64,000 bases of DNA from Octopus sinensis (lineage: Eukaryota): NCBI RefSeq assembly GCF_006345805.1, contig NC_043011.1, positions 51,658,464-51,722,463 of the forward strand, written 5' to 3'. The notes under the pieces were generated by a model that was not told where the DNA came from, did no database searches, and saw nothing but the letters and a program-made list of their open reading frames with translations. How positions within the stretch are numbered: position 1 is the first letter of the stretch; each line of letters opens with the position of its first letter. Shown here piece after piece: positions 11,484 to 25,625 of this stretch. Position numbers and translations under genes: made by a program.

Positions 11484-14400
11484 CACACACGCACACATAT
11501 ATTTATCAATCATATCTTTTTCTTGTTTGATGTCTAATACATCTAGCCAATTTATTTGTTAATTTTTCGGCTAAAATTATAGAAAAGAATCATCATCATT
11601 ATCATCATCACCACAACATTTCTCTCATGATATATCAACATCATATTAAAAAAAACAAAAAAAAACACCATTTCTATATTTTTCAGCAGAATCATCACTG
11701 TTATTGTAGTTGTCATTTCTGCCAATGCTGCCACTACTGTTGCTACCACCACTGCCACCACTACCTTATCTATCTTTATTCATTTGCTTTGCAGCTTTTG
11801 AAACTATACACAACCATATGAAGAAGGACACTGTTTCAGTCAGGCAAAATGAAAAAATAAAAAACTGTCCATTCAGCACTTGCCTAGGTCAGCTGCTTTA
11901 GATATTAGACTCTACAATTTATATTCAATGACGCTGTTTAGCCTGTGTAATATAGCAGCCATACTTCCCTCAACAAACACTTTTTTTTTGTTTTTAAAAA
12001 GGGGTTCACATAAATAAATAGTCAATTTTGAACATCTTTTAGGCACAGGTATGGCTGTGTGGTAGAGAAGCTTGCTCTTCCTGATCATATGGTCTTGAGT
12101 TCAATCTCACTGCATGACACTTTTGGCAAGTATCTTTTACTATAGCCCCACTCTAACCCAAAACCTTGTGATTGCATTTGGTAGATGGAAACTGAAAGAA
12201 TCTGTCATAAATTTGTGTGTGCATGTGTTTGCATGCATGAGTGTTTATGTGTATCCTTGTCCTGACATTGTGTGATGGTTGAATGAGCATCATTATCATA
12301 CAAGTGATGCTGTTTGCACACTTCTGTGAGAAACATGCCTGGTCTTGGGGAAATATTACCTTGCTTAGCAACAAGAGAGGTTGGCAATGGGAAGGGCTTC
12401 TGGCTGCAGAAAATCTGCCTCAACAAATTCTGTCTGACTCATACAAGTATAGAAAAGCGAATGTTAAACGATGATGATGATGATTAAGAACAATGCAATA
12501 ATCACAGCTAGAAATATGGACCAAATGAAGGACAAAGATCATCATGTCACACTGAGTTCAACCCTATAGAGGAAAAATGCCATTCCTTGAGAGTAAGAGA
12601 GTTAGGTACTGATCCAACAACCTGCTATGGTGAAGCACATAGTGCTGTAGGAATGCACAGGCACAAGAGTTTTTTTCTCAAAGGTTGTATTGTATGTACT
12701 GCAAAATACTTAGGCAATAGTAAGAGGGAGAAAAATAGTGATGCAATAAGTAAAGAAAGAAAGTTGCAAAAAGAAATTATATAAAATATGAACTTCTACA
12801 TACCAATCTGCAAGATGTAGAATTAATAACCTTTGCCAGAGGATAGAGAGAATGTTTGTTTGCCCAGCACTTTTTCCATGGAATACACAAATGGCAGCAA
12901 GATTTCCTGAAAAAAAAAAGGAGATGATTATGAAAAATTTATACAACCTATTTTCGTTAATTGAAATAATTGAAAAACAAATGACAGTAGTAGAATTGTG
13001 AGTTTGATTCCCGAACTGAGTAGTACATTATACCCTCAAGCAAGGTACTTCATTTCACTTTGTTCCAGTCTACTCAGCTGAAAATGAGTCCCAGCTAAGT
13101 GTACTGGTGCATCCTTTTCTCCTTTCAGCTGTCACATTCTCGATGTTCCGCTGGGCTAAGGAGTGCTAAAGCTGAGAGAGTGTCTATATCTGCTTACGCT
13201 TACATTGGCACCTTAAACAATTAACAAAAGCATGGCACAATTTACCATGTGAAACTCACTTACAAGTGATGGCTGTAGATATACTTTTTTTTGTGCATGT
13301 GTGTGTAGATAACAACAAAGTTCTTTTCTGGATTAGCATTATTGAAACTTTAGTGATTAAATTTGATTCTGAAACTGACAAGATCAAAGATTAAAAAAAA
13401 AGAAAAGATTTATCTTTTTATTCCAGTTTAATCCAGGCTGAGCTTTTCCAAACACTAAACTCACAGTGCAGTATCATCTCAGTGAGTACATCAATGGGTT
13501 AAAGTTTTATCGAAGTTAAAGACAGTACTATTGGTGATATCAATGTGTCAAATTTGTTGCTCTCGTTTAGTAAAACCAAATGGAATTGGTCGAACAAAAA
13601 AGATTATGGTTAAATTTGTTATGCCAATCGCAAAACAATTATTACAAGTATTAATATTAAATGGTTTAATTGTTATCTAAGTGAGTAACCCTTAAAATAT
13701 TAAATTTGTTAATTGTGTAAGTGAACCCAGAGTTAATCTTGTAACAGTAATAATTTAGCTCTAGATTAGCTCTAATTGGTTAGAAATATGATCAAAGACA
13801 ATCCATGACCTTCTCATCTTTTATATATCTGTGATCACAAGGCCAAAGAGTCCATCCTTTTTATAAGATACTAGACTGTGATTTGAAGAAGCTTTTGTTA
13901 ATATTTCTAGCAGCATAAAACAACTTATGTAGAAGCACTTTTAGTGTTATTCCACTGGTCATGCCATTAATGAAACAGCTATGCAGTTGCTCAACCTGCT
14001 AGATACAGTAACCAAATCTTTCTTCAATCACATCCAATCATCTTAGAAAAAGGTAGGATACATAAGATAATATGGCTTTAGATGAAAATAAGAGGAAGGT
14101 CATGACTAGAACTCATTTGATCATAAGCCTGCTTGATGAAGGCCAACCTAGGGTTAAACAACAACAACAACTTACTCAGCAGCAAGAACATCAATGTTAT
14201 AAATCAAGTGAAATCACTTCAACTGAAAATCACAACAGTTCTTGCCCACTGAGAACTTACCCTTACTCTCCAGCACTTGCCTATTGTCCTGTTGGCAGTA
14301 ACCAATAATTCCATCATAGCCCATAACCGGAGCTAAATCCAGCACTGCAAGCTAACAAAAATAATTCATCAGTCAAACAGTGTGCCCTGCCATGTATAGT

Positions 14401-16497
14401 AATTAGCTGCATCTCCAAATGATATCTATGCGATCTAGGTGGGCAGTACCACCCAATGGTAACTATTTAATAATAGGTGTTTGAGCCTATCATAGCACAG
14501 CACTGATTAATATCATAAATTGCTGGCTTTTCTTTCAGCTGGCAGGTTCAGGCCATTATCAGCTCATCTTGCTGAAGTTCCCCCTTTTCACTCTTTTACT
14601 TCTTTCAGGTAACAGACCACCCTGAAGGGTTTTAGTTAATCACATCAATCCCAATACATATTTGTACGTTTTATCAATCTCTCTATGTTGAAATGTTAGT
14701 TTATAGAACATTAACACAAAGCATGGTAAAGACAGAAATGGACAGACACAAACATACACACAAATTTATAAAATATACACAATCACAGAATGGGCTTCCA
14801 TACAGTTACCAACTACCAACCTTCACTCACAAATTATTGATCAACCCAAAGTTGTAGTAGAAAATATAATTGAACCAATTTCAAAACCAATGTCTACTGT
14901 GAAGTAAGCTTCTTAACCACATAACCATGTTTGCACCTATTGTAAATACACCGCTTTTATAATAACAAAGTTGGTAAAATAATTTCATTTTTCTTTTTGA
15001 CTGATTTTTGGATTCTGAGTTTAAATTTCCAGTTTTAGTTTTATTGAAACATTAGTTTTAGCAATTTAAAATTTAAAACTGGAAAATCTGAAGAAGGAGA
15101 AAACAAAAATGAAACCAAAAAATATTGAATTAAATTTCCTACTCTCGGTTTTTATCAAATTTTTTTTCCCTGTAGTTGTTATTTTCTGCACTAGTCTTAA
15201 TATTCAAACCCCACCACCCAATCCAATATCATGATGAATACTGTTATGCTGGTGTAAACACACAATTTATTCACCTGAAGCAATGACAACTTCACAAGAC
15301 ATTAGTCACAACTATTTTATCACTATTTAGCTGGATATCTGTAATTAAGCACCAAATGTTTGAAGGAGTTTTTGTAAGCCAGATGTGAGATCATCTTATT
15401 AAGTTAACGAATAAACCTCATTTCACTTAAGTGGTCAACTTCAATGAAATGAAGAGAAGTTATTGAATTTGAATCTTAAACGTAGATAATTTCAATGTTG
15501 TTAACGATTTCTTTTTCTTGTTTTTCAACCTCTTTGTAATAAAATGTCTTCAACTAACTTAAAATATATCGTGTTTTTCAAGAACATTTTCCTTGCAATT
15601 ATTGATCTTGTTGGTTTTAATTGCATTAAGCCATTTCTTTTCTCCTTTCTGGGTTTTAAGACAAAAGATAGAAATGAACTTGGAGATGTCTTAATTGTAT
15701 TTGGATCAGCATTAGCAACTCAACAAATTTTTCACATACTTGGTTTGTTTTGTTCTCTGTTGAGATGGCAGCCAAAAGTGCGATATCAGAGCAACTGATT
15801 TTAAATTAAATAATCACACAATTAAATCAACAACATTTCTTCTATACTATTCAATCACAAACTAAACCAAAGAGCTGGATATCAGTTGCTAACCGTGACT
15901 GCCACTAGCAAAGGAAACAACGACAGAATATCTATATAGTTGCCCAATCTGCTAAAAACAGCAGCTAAATTTCAGATTCATTTGATAATGTTATCTTGGG
16001 CTCTATAAATATGGGGAAAATATATGATGACTACAACTGGAATTTCTTTAATCATTGGCCTACTCAATCAGGCTGGCCTAGGGATAAATAACAACAATTA
16101 TCTGCAAAATATCTAAACTTGTCAAACACTGATTGAGTATATTTTGTCTCTCTTTTGGTGGAAGAACCAACATGATATCAATTGGTTCTAGTCAATGGTC
16201 ACTTATGTAGTATATTCTTTTTATTGTGATGCTTGTAGGCCTCCATGAGTGTACATTCTGCTATTTACCATCTGAGTAAAATCAGAATCAAAGGGGTCCA
16301 TAGGTAAAAAAATAATCATTGAAAACTACTGTTCTAGATCCTTCAATCATACAAAAAACAAAACAAACATGACCATCCACTGAGAAGAGAATGCAACAGG
16401 GTATCAGATCAGACAGAATTTCAACATATCTAATTTGTCATATTACATATATATATATATATATATATAGTAATAACAATAATAAATTCCATCCTTT

Positions 16498-16683
16498 GAT
16501 GGAATTTATGAATATTTAAATGCATCACTACATGTGATTCCACAGATTACATGTTTCTTAAGATCATAGTCCAAATTCCTGAGATGATTACAGTGCAGTC
16601 TGTAGTGTCCATGGACATTTGGTAGATCATGTAATTTGTAGAAATGCACCTAGTTATGCATTAAAATATTTATAAATTTCATC
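16498..16683. repeat. MITE-like foldback with ~56-bp imperfect arms
   Basis: 16498-16553 versus the reverse complement of 16628-16683, about 10 mismatches. Confidence 0.7.
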
Positions 16684-16856
16684 TTCAGGATTATTATTAT
16701 TATTATTACTATATTAATCTTACATTATATCAGCACAGCTTGGTGCAACCCCAAAAAACTAGAATTGCCAATTAACATCATTAAGCTGTAGCCAGCATAA
16801 CAGAATAGGAGCTTTTATATCCATATTCAAGATTTCTCCCATAAATAAACTTAAAG

Positions 16857-16936
<80 letters not shown>

Positions 16937-17101
16937 GGAATATTATTCCAAACTTACAGGGAAAAGTTCAATAATTTATTTGCACATTACTTAATCATTG
17001 TTATATGTTTTATCTTATATTTAATCGTTCTATGATATGTAATTTTTCTAAATGGTGTCATTTAATTTTTCATTATTGAATTGATAAAAGTTTTTTTTAT
17101 A

Positions 17102-17155
<54 letters not shown>

Positions 17156-17606
17156 CATCATCATCATTGCCATTATTCTAACATTTATTTTTTCATTCTT
17201 GCATAGCTCAGATGAGACTAAGTTGGAACAGTTTCCTAGGGCTGGATGCCCCTCTTGATGCTAACCCTCACCTGTTTCCAAGCAAGGTAATAATTTTACT
17301 ATCTGTTGAACAATGAACAGCCCAGACATGGATATATAAAGAACTTGAAACAAACAACATCATTTGCATGAACAGTATCCTTTTGCTCACTGAGATCTTG
17401 CAGCCTGTCAATACATGTCAGGAAGCCTGGACATGCTTTTGTGGTAGACTGAAAGCAAATGATACGGTCTGTATGAAGACTGATGCATTTGCTTACAATC
17501 AGAAAACACATGTGAAAAGAGGAAACATAACATAAGTTTACACACGCAAACTTATGTGCATATGTACACAGGCACACCACATATGCACAACCATAATATA
17601 ATATAT

Positions 17607-17669
<63 letters not shown>

Positions 17670-18056
17670 TTAGAGATAAAACCACTATTATGCAACTCAA
17701 ACAGTGATAGACATAAACCAAAACATAAAAAACAATTAATATATATTTTTTATAAAACATATAACTCATAACTAGATCTCAAAAAGTATAAAAATGAATG
17801 ATCAATATATAATAAGTAAAAAAACTACATGCGTTTCATGGCTACAATTAAATTTGAATTACATTTAAGTTTAAATTCAATATATACCTATATATATCTA
17901 TATATAGGATCCGATCCAATTGACAACGTAGGTGAGGTAGGTACAATAAATTCAGAGTGAATACTTGATAAATGTAAGCACCTGTATATGCCAGCTAGTA
18001 GCATAGGTGAGAGGTATATGTATCAAATGAAATAAAAAACAGAACACAAAGGATGT

Positions 18057-18150
18057 CGCGGTACACATGTTTCGAGCTTTATAAAACAACTTATTCTTAC
18101 ATCAATGTATAATCGACATAACATATAGTTTAAAGCCCTCTTCAGCCGCA
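18057..18150 (-). ncRNA. Type I hammerhead ribozyme with canonical core and ~65-nt helix II
   Basis: Minus strand: GCGG CUGAAGA GGGCUUUA..UAAAGCUC GAAA C AUGU GUA CCGC. All conserved core positions are canonical. Helix III ACAUGUGU is self-complementary. Cleavage after the A at 18062. Confidence 0.85.
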
Positions 18151-18289
18151 TGCAATTGCTACACCAAAGACCTGTATTACATTATGAAAGGTCTGAGAAA
18201 GAACATTTGGTATTATTTATAATGGTAGGTAAACTGAGTGGACAAAAGAAAGAAAGAGGCAGTCAACACATTTAGTAGGAGTTACATAT

Positions 18290-18660
18290 ATTATTTAATA
18301 ACAGTTTAACTAAGCTCTGGGCAACTTGAAGTTTCACAGCCTCGTAGAATGACCTTCTACCATCAGGCATCTTTAGACACCTGACAAGACAGGTTCGTTC
18401 TATGAAACTTTAAGTCTATTTCAGATATATTTTCCATATAATTTGGCATTTATTCCAAAGAGTTAACTGAACACTGAATTTAGCGTATGGATCTAAATTA
18501 TCACCTATGAATATTTGCAGTGGATTTGAACATAAAACATACATGATGTTAGGCATACATTTAGCTGTTTTCTTCCTACTACAGGAAAGATGTATATACA
18601 GCCTGCTTCCAAATTTTTGACTATGTTGGTTTACACAGATGAGAATGGCAGTTTTACAAC
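18290..18660 (-). mobile_element. Possible decayed Penelope-like element endonuclease (GIY-YIG) region upstream of the 18057-18150 HHR
   Basis: Fragments VKLPF, LEAGCIYIFP..GRKQLNV and RRSFYEAV in different frames loosely resemble the Penelope EN. The position just 5' of an HHR fits a PLE 3' end. Similarity is weak and judged by eye. Confidence 0.35.
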
Positions 18661-18997
18661 TATATATGTATGCATTCATGTAAGTGTTTAGACATGTGTA
18701 AGTATACAGTATGTTTATCTATGTATATATGCATAAAGTCATGTGCATCTCTGTGTAAAAAAATGTCCCAAGAAATATTTACATATATACATACATGCAT
18801 GGAAGCATACACACACACACACATATATATATGTATGCATAAATACATGTGGGTGGGTGTTTATATATACATTTGCACACACAAACACACATGAATGTTT
18901 ATATGCATGTGGATATGCATATATGATTGTTTATATGTATATGTGTATATGCACATGTATGCACAAATATTCATGTGTTTATGTATGTGTGTGTGTG

Positions 18998-19031
<34 letters not shown>

Positions 19032-19703
19032 AGGAGAGAAACAAATACATATTCTTGGCCAAGATTAGAAGATATTAATAGAAATTTTGAGATTTAGGAA
19101 ATATTCTGTTTCTTGCAAGTTATTTTTTTACCCTCTCATATCTCCTCTTATTCATGACAATAAACGGTAAAAGAATTCCATAAAACAGCAGTTAAAAGAT
19201 TTCTTCAAATTTCTTCTTTTTTTTTCACACAAAGATGCATCACAATCATCATCACCACCATGATCATCATCAATTATTCATTTCCTGTAGATGTGTGTGA
19301 AATAAAGTGAGTTACTTCACTTGATCGATCTGCTACATCTATCACATTATATTAGTTGTTTCAAGGAGCCACCCCATAATCCACAGATCTAAGGCTCACC
19401 TCATGGCATTAAGCAGATAACATACAAATAACTTCCCCCCACTCCCACCACACTGAGATGCCTACATAGGCAATTTACCACTGAGGGAAGAAGGGGTTGA
19501 ACTTAGCACCAATAAATCATACTCATCAACATTAGAGTGCAATGACTGATGAGTTACACTACCCTGTAATGAGTGAACCATAACATGTTTATTTGGTTTG
19601 GAAGAAATAGTAGCCAAATTTCCCTCAAGTCACATTTTTCCATCTAAAAACAGGAAAAAAACACATTAAATAATGTAGTTTAAGATGTCAAGAAAAACTT
19701 GCC

Positions 19704-20050
19704 ATGGCTGTGTGGTAAGAAGACTGCTTCCCAACCATGTGGCCTTGGGTTCAATCTCACCATGCTACAGCCTGGGCAAGTGTCTTCTACTATAACTCTG
19801 GGCCAACCAAAGCCTTACGAGCGGATTTGGAAGACTGAAACTGAAAGAAGCCCATTACATGTGTGTGTGCGTGCGCGTGCATGCATGGGTGTTTTTGTGT
19901 TTGTCATGCACCACTGCTTAAGAAGCAGTGTTGGTTTGTTTATATCCCCATAACTTAGTGGTTCAGCAAAAAAGATGAACAGCATAAGTACCAGGTTTTA
20001 AAATATGTACTAGAGTCAATTCATTCCACTAAAACCCTTCAAGGTGGTGT
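19704..20050 (+). mobile_element. tRNA-head SINE family A (diverged)
   Basis: ggctgtgtggtaagaag..gggcaagtgtcttctactat..gaaagaagccc..(TG)n..aaggtggtg. Confidence 0.75.
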
Positions 20051-20545
20051 GCTGGATTAGTAAAATCATTAAGACATTGGCAAAAAATGCTTTATGGTAT
20101 TTGTCCCAGCTCCTTACATTCTCAGATAGATCCTGTTGAAGTCAACTGTGCCTTTCATCCATTTGGGGTTGATAAAACTAGATACAATTCAAGAACTGGG
20201 GTCAATGCAGTCAACTAACCCACTTCCTTCAAAATTGCTAACTTTGTACCAAAATTAGAAACAAACCTTTCATGTTTTAGAGGTTGATAAAAATAAAGTA
20301 CCAGTCAAGTAATGGGGTCAATAGCAATGACTAACTACTCCCTTCCAAATTTCAGGTCTTGTGTCTTAGTTGTATTCCCTCTTTATGTTTTGAGTTCAAA
20401 TTACACTGAGGTCAACTTTGCCTTTCATCCTTTTGGAGTCGATAAATTAAGTACCAGTTGCATACTGTGGTCGATCTAATCGACTGCCCCCCCTCCCCCG
20501 AAATTTCGGGCCTTGTGCCTAAAGTAGAAAAGTATATTATTATTA
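20040..20545 (+). mobile_element. Three partial SINE family B copies in tandem
   Basis: gcctttcatcc..gataaaa..taccag recurs at about 20150, 20260 and 20420. Confidence 0.65.
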
Positions 20546-20592
20546 TTAAAAATGTGGTTATAAAAAAATATTTTAAAATTATTTAAAAAATA

Positions 20593-20750
20593 CTGTGTGG
20601 TAAGTAGCTTGCTAACCAACCACATGGTTCCAGGTTCAGTCCCATTGTGTGGCATCTTGGGGAAGTGTCTTCTGCTATAGCCCCGGGCCGACCAATGCCT
20701 TGTGAGTGGATTTGGTAAATGGAAACTGAAAGAAGCTTGTCGTATATATG

Positions 20751-20785
<35 letters not shown>

Positions 20786-20992
20786 TTGTGTGTCTGTGTT
20801 TGTCCCCCTAGCATTGCTTGACAACCGATGCTGGTGTGTTTACATCCCCGTCACTTAGCGTTTCGGCAAAAGAGACCGATAGAATAAGTATTGGGCTTAC
20901 AAAGAATAAATCCCAGGGTCGATTTGCTCGACTAAAGGTGGTGCTCCAGCATGGCCGCAGTCAAATGACTGAAACAAGTAAAAGAGTAAAGA
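20593..20992 (+). mobile_element. tRNA-head SINE family A, near full length
   Basis: Head ctgtgtggtaagtagcttgc..ggttcagtccc with Pol III box-like motifs, internal (TA)(TG)n, tail gaaacaagtaaaagagt. At least 12 related copies in the window. Confidence 0.85.
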
Positions 20993-21431
20993 GAGAGTCC
21001 TAGTTAGATAACATGATGTTTAAAATAAAAAACAAAAATTAAGATGGTTACAACTAGAATATCTTTCACCATTGTTTTACTACATCAGGCCTAACCAAGG
21101 GCTAAACAACAAAAGCATTTACCACCAACTCTCGCAGCCAACTCAACAAGTACTGTTGAGTAATGAATATTAACTCTAATAAAAGTTGTAAGATAGGGAT
21201 CTGCCCCTTACTTTTTAATGTTTCAAACAGGAATGGTTGGGGTGAGATAGATAACAGGCTTAAGAAGCAAACAATCCAAGTAGAAAATTTTTTCTTTATA
21301 TTTTTTAAATCATTCAACTATAACAATACAAACAATTACAGAGATAGGCTAGATCAGATGTTCTTTATTATTTAAACAATATATTACAAAAAACAAAAAA
21401 GATTTGAACATTATAGCAAATACACGCACAT

Positions 21432-22200
<769 letters not shown>

Positions 22201-23762
22201 AATTTTATAGTGAATTGAGTCTGCAAAAATGTATAATAAATATGAATAATGTCAATAAAATCATAAATCTTTTATTTCTTTGAGACTTTCAACTTCAGAG
22301 TCAAGCTAATGTTTAAACTGTTTTTGTTGCTGTTGTTCTTGTTGAGGTTCTTCTTCTTGTTACATCCATTGTTGTTGTTGTTGTTGTTGCTGTGTCTTCC
22401 TTTTGTTAATATTATTTTGTATGCATTAACAAAATACTGGTATTTTTTTTTTTTTTCAAATTTAGCTGTCAGCATTAATATTCTATAAAAGTACTGTGAT
22501 AGAGAATCGAAGAATCTTTCTGTAGATAAACTTAGAATGTAGCGCCAGGGTGTGATGGTGGTGGTGGTGGTGGTATTGCTAAGGGTGATGGTTGTAGAAA
22601 TGATTGCGTATAAGAAATGGGAAAAAAGAAGCACATTACTGCACACACACACACACAAAGTAAATACAAAGTACACAAATATTCATGTATAAATGTATGT
22701 ACAGACACACAAGTATGTATACACAAAGCAATGGATAACTATAAAAAAAATAGTCACTTGCACACATATACACACAAAATCCAATATGGTGTTCTCTATT
22801 TATTAAGCATCAACAGATTATTTCAAGATTAAAAAGAAGAGAATCTATGCTAAAAAAACGGAGTGAAATATTTCAATATGTGTGGTTTTCAGACAGATAG
22901 ATGTTCAAACAGACAGTGTAGTGAATAATTTGTTCATCATTAAATTTAATATCTATTTGAGTTTTATGGGATTAAAATCAAAGTAATGACATTACATCCA
23001 ACAAAAGGTTGTGGAAGAGAAAGGTACAATGGCAACCTGAAGAAAATAACCTTTGCCTAAGTGGTTCGATAAGATATGGAATAGGGACTGCTTTAAATAA
23101 TGAGGATATGTAGAATTTATAACTATGAAAAAAAAAAATGATTGAAATTTAGAGAGAAGAAAATGGTTGGTTTAGAAAAGAAAACGTAAAATGAAATGGG
23201 AGATCTTATTGTTATTATCAATTTTATTATTGTTATTTTATTTGTTTATTTGTATAAAAGAAGTATTCAGTTTTTTTAGGATTATTTGGTTTATTTTTTT
23301 ACAAAATAAAAATTGTGTAGTGGCTTTAAGGATAACGATTTTTTTATTATTTAAAATATGGAAAAAAGACATTATGGGAGTTTGGAAAGTAAATGATGGG
23401 TTAATAAAATAATGACAAGGTAAAATAAAAAAATAACACAGAAAAAAAAAAAGACAACAAAGATTTGATTGAAATGAGATGGGTTTGGTGGCTATAAAGA
23501 ATTAAAGTAGTGGAAAATATTAACAGGTGTGAGTCATATTCTTGTCTTTTAATCTTCAGAGATTTAACTGGTTCATATTATCAGATGAATGATTTAGAAA
23601 GTTAACCTGTACTGATGGCAGACAAACTCTAACAGAAAAATGATTGCTGGTTTTAAGTAAAATGTCCAGCCTATTTTTAACAACTCAACCATGAATTTAA
23701 ATATAGTGCCTTGATTAGAACTGGTTACTTTTAGTTTTAGAGTCTTACCCAAGGCTGGGTTT

Positions 23763-23980
23763 TTAACCCTTTAGCATACAGGTTACTCTGTCAAATGTAA
23801 TGCTTTTTTATTCACATTGTTTTGAATTAATCATGCATTACCTTGTAGATTTGATATTGCAATGTGATTATATATTTTTAGAATGACATTGTAAGGTAGG
23901 TGTAATAGGCCAGATTCTGACAGTTTGAACATAAAACAAGTAGAATATTTTGGCCAGGTATGGCTGGTTTAAAGGGTTAA
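23763..23980 (+). mobile_element. TTAA-flanked piggyBac-type MITE
   Basis: ttaaccctttagca..aaagggttaa. Homologous to 24050-24271 (inverted) and 53612-53833. Confidence 0.75.
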
Positions 23981-24049
23981 ATTTACTTGCAACTAGTTCA
24001 ACTTTTCTGGTTAGTAAATCAGTTAATTCTTTCCAACTCCTCCTCTATC

Positions 24050-24271
24050 TCTTTAGCATTTAAGTTGGCCTTATCTGACCCAAATATTGTATCTGTTTCA
24101 TGTCCAAACTGGCCAGATCCTACCTCTCACGCCTACTCTACAATGTAATTCCAAAATCAAACAATCACACACTTAAATCTTGTAGCTATGAGATAATGCA
24201 TGATAAATTCAACACAATCTGAATACATAAGCATTACATTTGACAGAGTAATCTGACTGCTAAAAGGTTAA
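24050..24271 (-). mobile_element. Same MITE family, inverted copy
   Basis: ctttagcatt..ttacatttgacagagtaatctg..gctaaaaggttaa is the reverse complement of the 23763 copy. Confidence 0.7.
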
Positions 24272-25625
24272 ATGATGTTAGGCCATCATGAAAATACATT
24301 TTTTAAAAATTTTTCTGCCAGCTAGGAAGAAGTTGTTATAAATGAAAGGTGTTAATGGTTTCAAACAAATCAGTTTTCAGTGAATGGAAATGAAATGAAA
24401 CCGATCAGTGAACTTGTACATTGCCATGGACTAACCTAATCTATGGTTGGTAAAAGAATTAATTGCTCATTAGATCAATATGTTAATAAAAAAAAAAGAA
24501 ACAGAAAATAGTTAAGTCACTGTTAAATATATTTAATTTTGTGAGCTTTAAAAAGCTAATGAGAAATAATTAGAGTGAAATTATAAAAAAAACATTAGTC
24601 AATGACTAATATTGTTTTATGTACTTCAGTAAATTTGTAAGACAACTCAGTCAGGTTTTGACCTTATTATGACCTCATCAGCAAATCATACAAGTCTTCA
24701 TACCTCCTAATGATGGGAGAATTACTAACTAAATGTACAAGAATGTATACTGATTGATGTAGAAAATTAAATTTGTTTAGGGAATAGATTATTCTTCTTA
24801 ACTATGGTTTGTAAAGAAGATATAATAAATAGTAAAAGTTAAGCTTTAGATATTTGATTGGTTTGTTTTGTCATTATCAATTACCTAAAACTGCTTTCTT
24901 CAATAACATATTATCTATAGGTTGTACATAGGTAAAGAGATCATTTGAGAGGTGTACAACAGAGATTAGCAGAGGTGATACATGAACTAAGAGACTGACC
25001 ATAATGATTTCTATGTAAAACCAGGCTAACTGTTGGTTGGATGAAAAATCAAAAGATAAATTATTTACAAAATTCTGAATTAATGGCTGGAACAATCCAA
25101 CTACTTACTGTAACTAAATATTAACTTATTTAATAGATGGAATATTAAAAAGCTAACTAAAAATATATAAGCAGTGAAGAAAAACAAACAACATTAGTTA
25201 ATAGCTCATATTATTTTTATTTTCACAAGAAGTATGAGACAACTCTAGACATGTTTCTGTTTTATTCTGACCCCACTAGTGAAGTACAGCCTTCACCATA
25301 CTTGCTAGAGTAATTATGAACGAACCATTAAATGTCTATAACTATTGCTGGTGTAGGAAAATAGAACTGTTTAGAAATTAAATAATTCAAAGATACGGTT
25401 TGAATGAAGAACAATAATTAAGATACTTTAAAATATTTAATGCTGGGAGAATTTGATATTGTTTGGACAATCTGTGTTTGTACAATTAATTAATCATTAT
25501 CATCCAGTGTGCCATAACCATCAAGAACCACAGACATCTCGCAATTGCAAGATAGTCTGCTAGTTGCCACTCCACAGTAGATATATTCATTTTTAGCTAG
25601 GTGGATTGAAACATCATGAAGTGAA

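Noticed and set aside
14527-14595. Apparent exon (ttttctttcag..cag|gtaac)
   Set aside because: The second pyrimidine tract and cag derive from a SINE family A tail remnant.
16545-16690. CUGAAGA and GAAAC AU GUA on the minus strand within the foldback
   Set aside because: The flanks cannot form helix I, and the helix II register does not bring the halves together.
17821-17845. 3' half of a hammerhead on the minus strand (GAAAC GCAU GUA)
   Set aside because: No CUGANGA half or matching helix I/II partner found upstream. At most a truncated remnant.
20593-20670. tRNA gene-like head
   Set aside because: It is the tRNA-derived 5' part of a SINE, without a complete cloverleaf.
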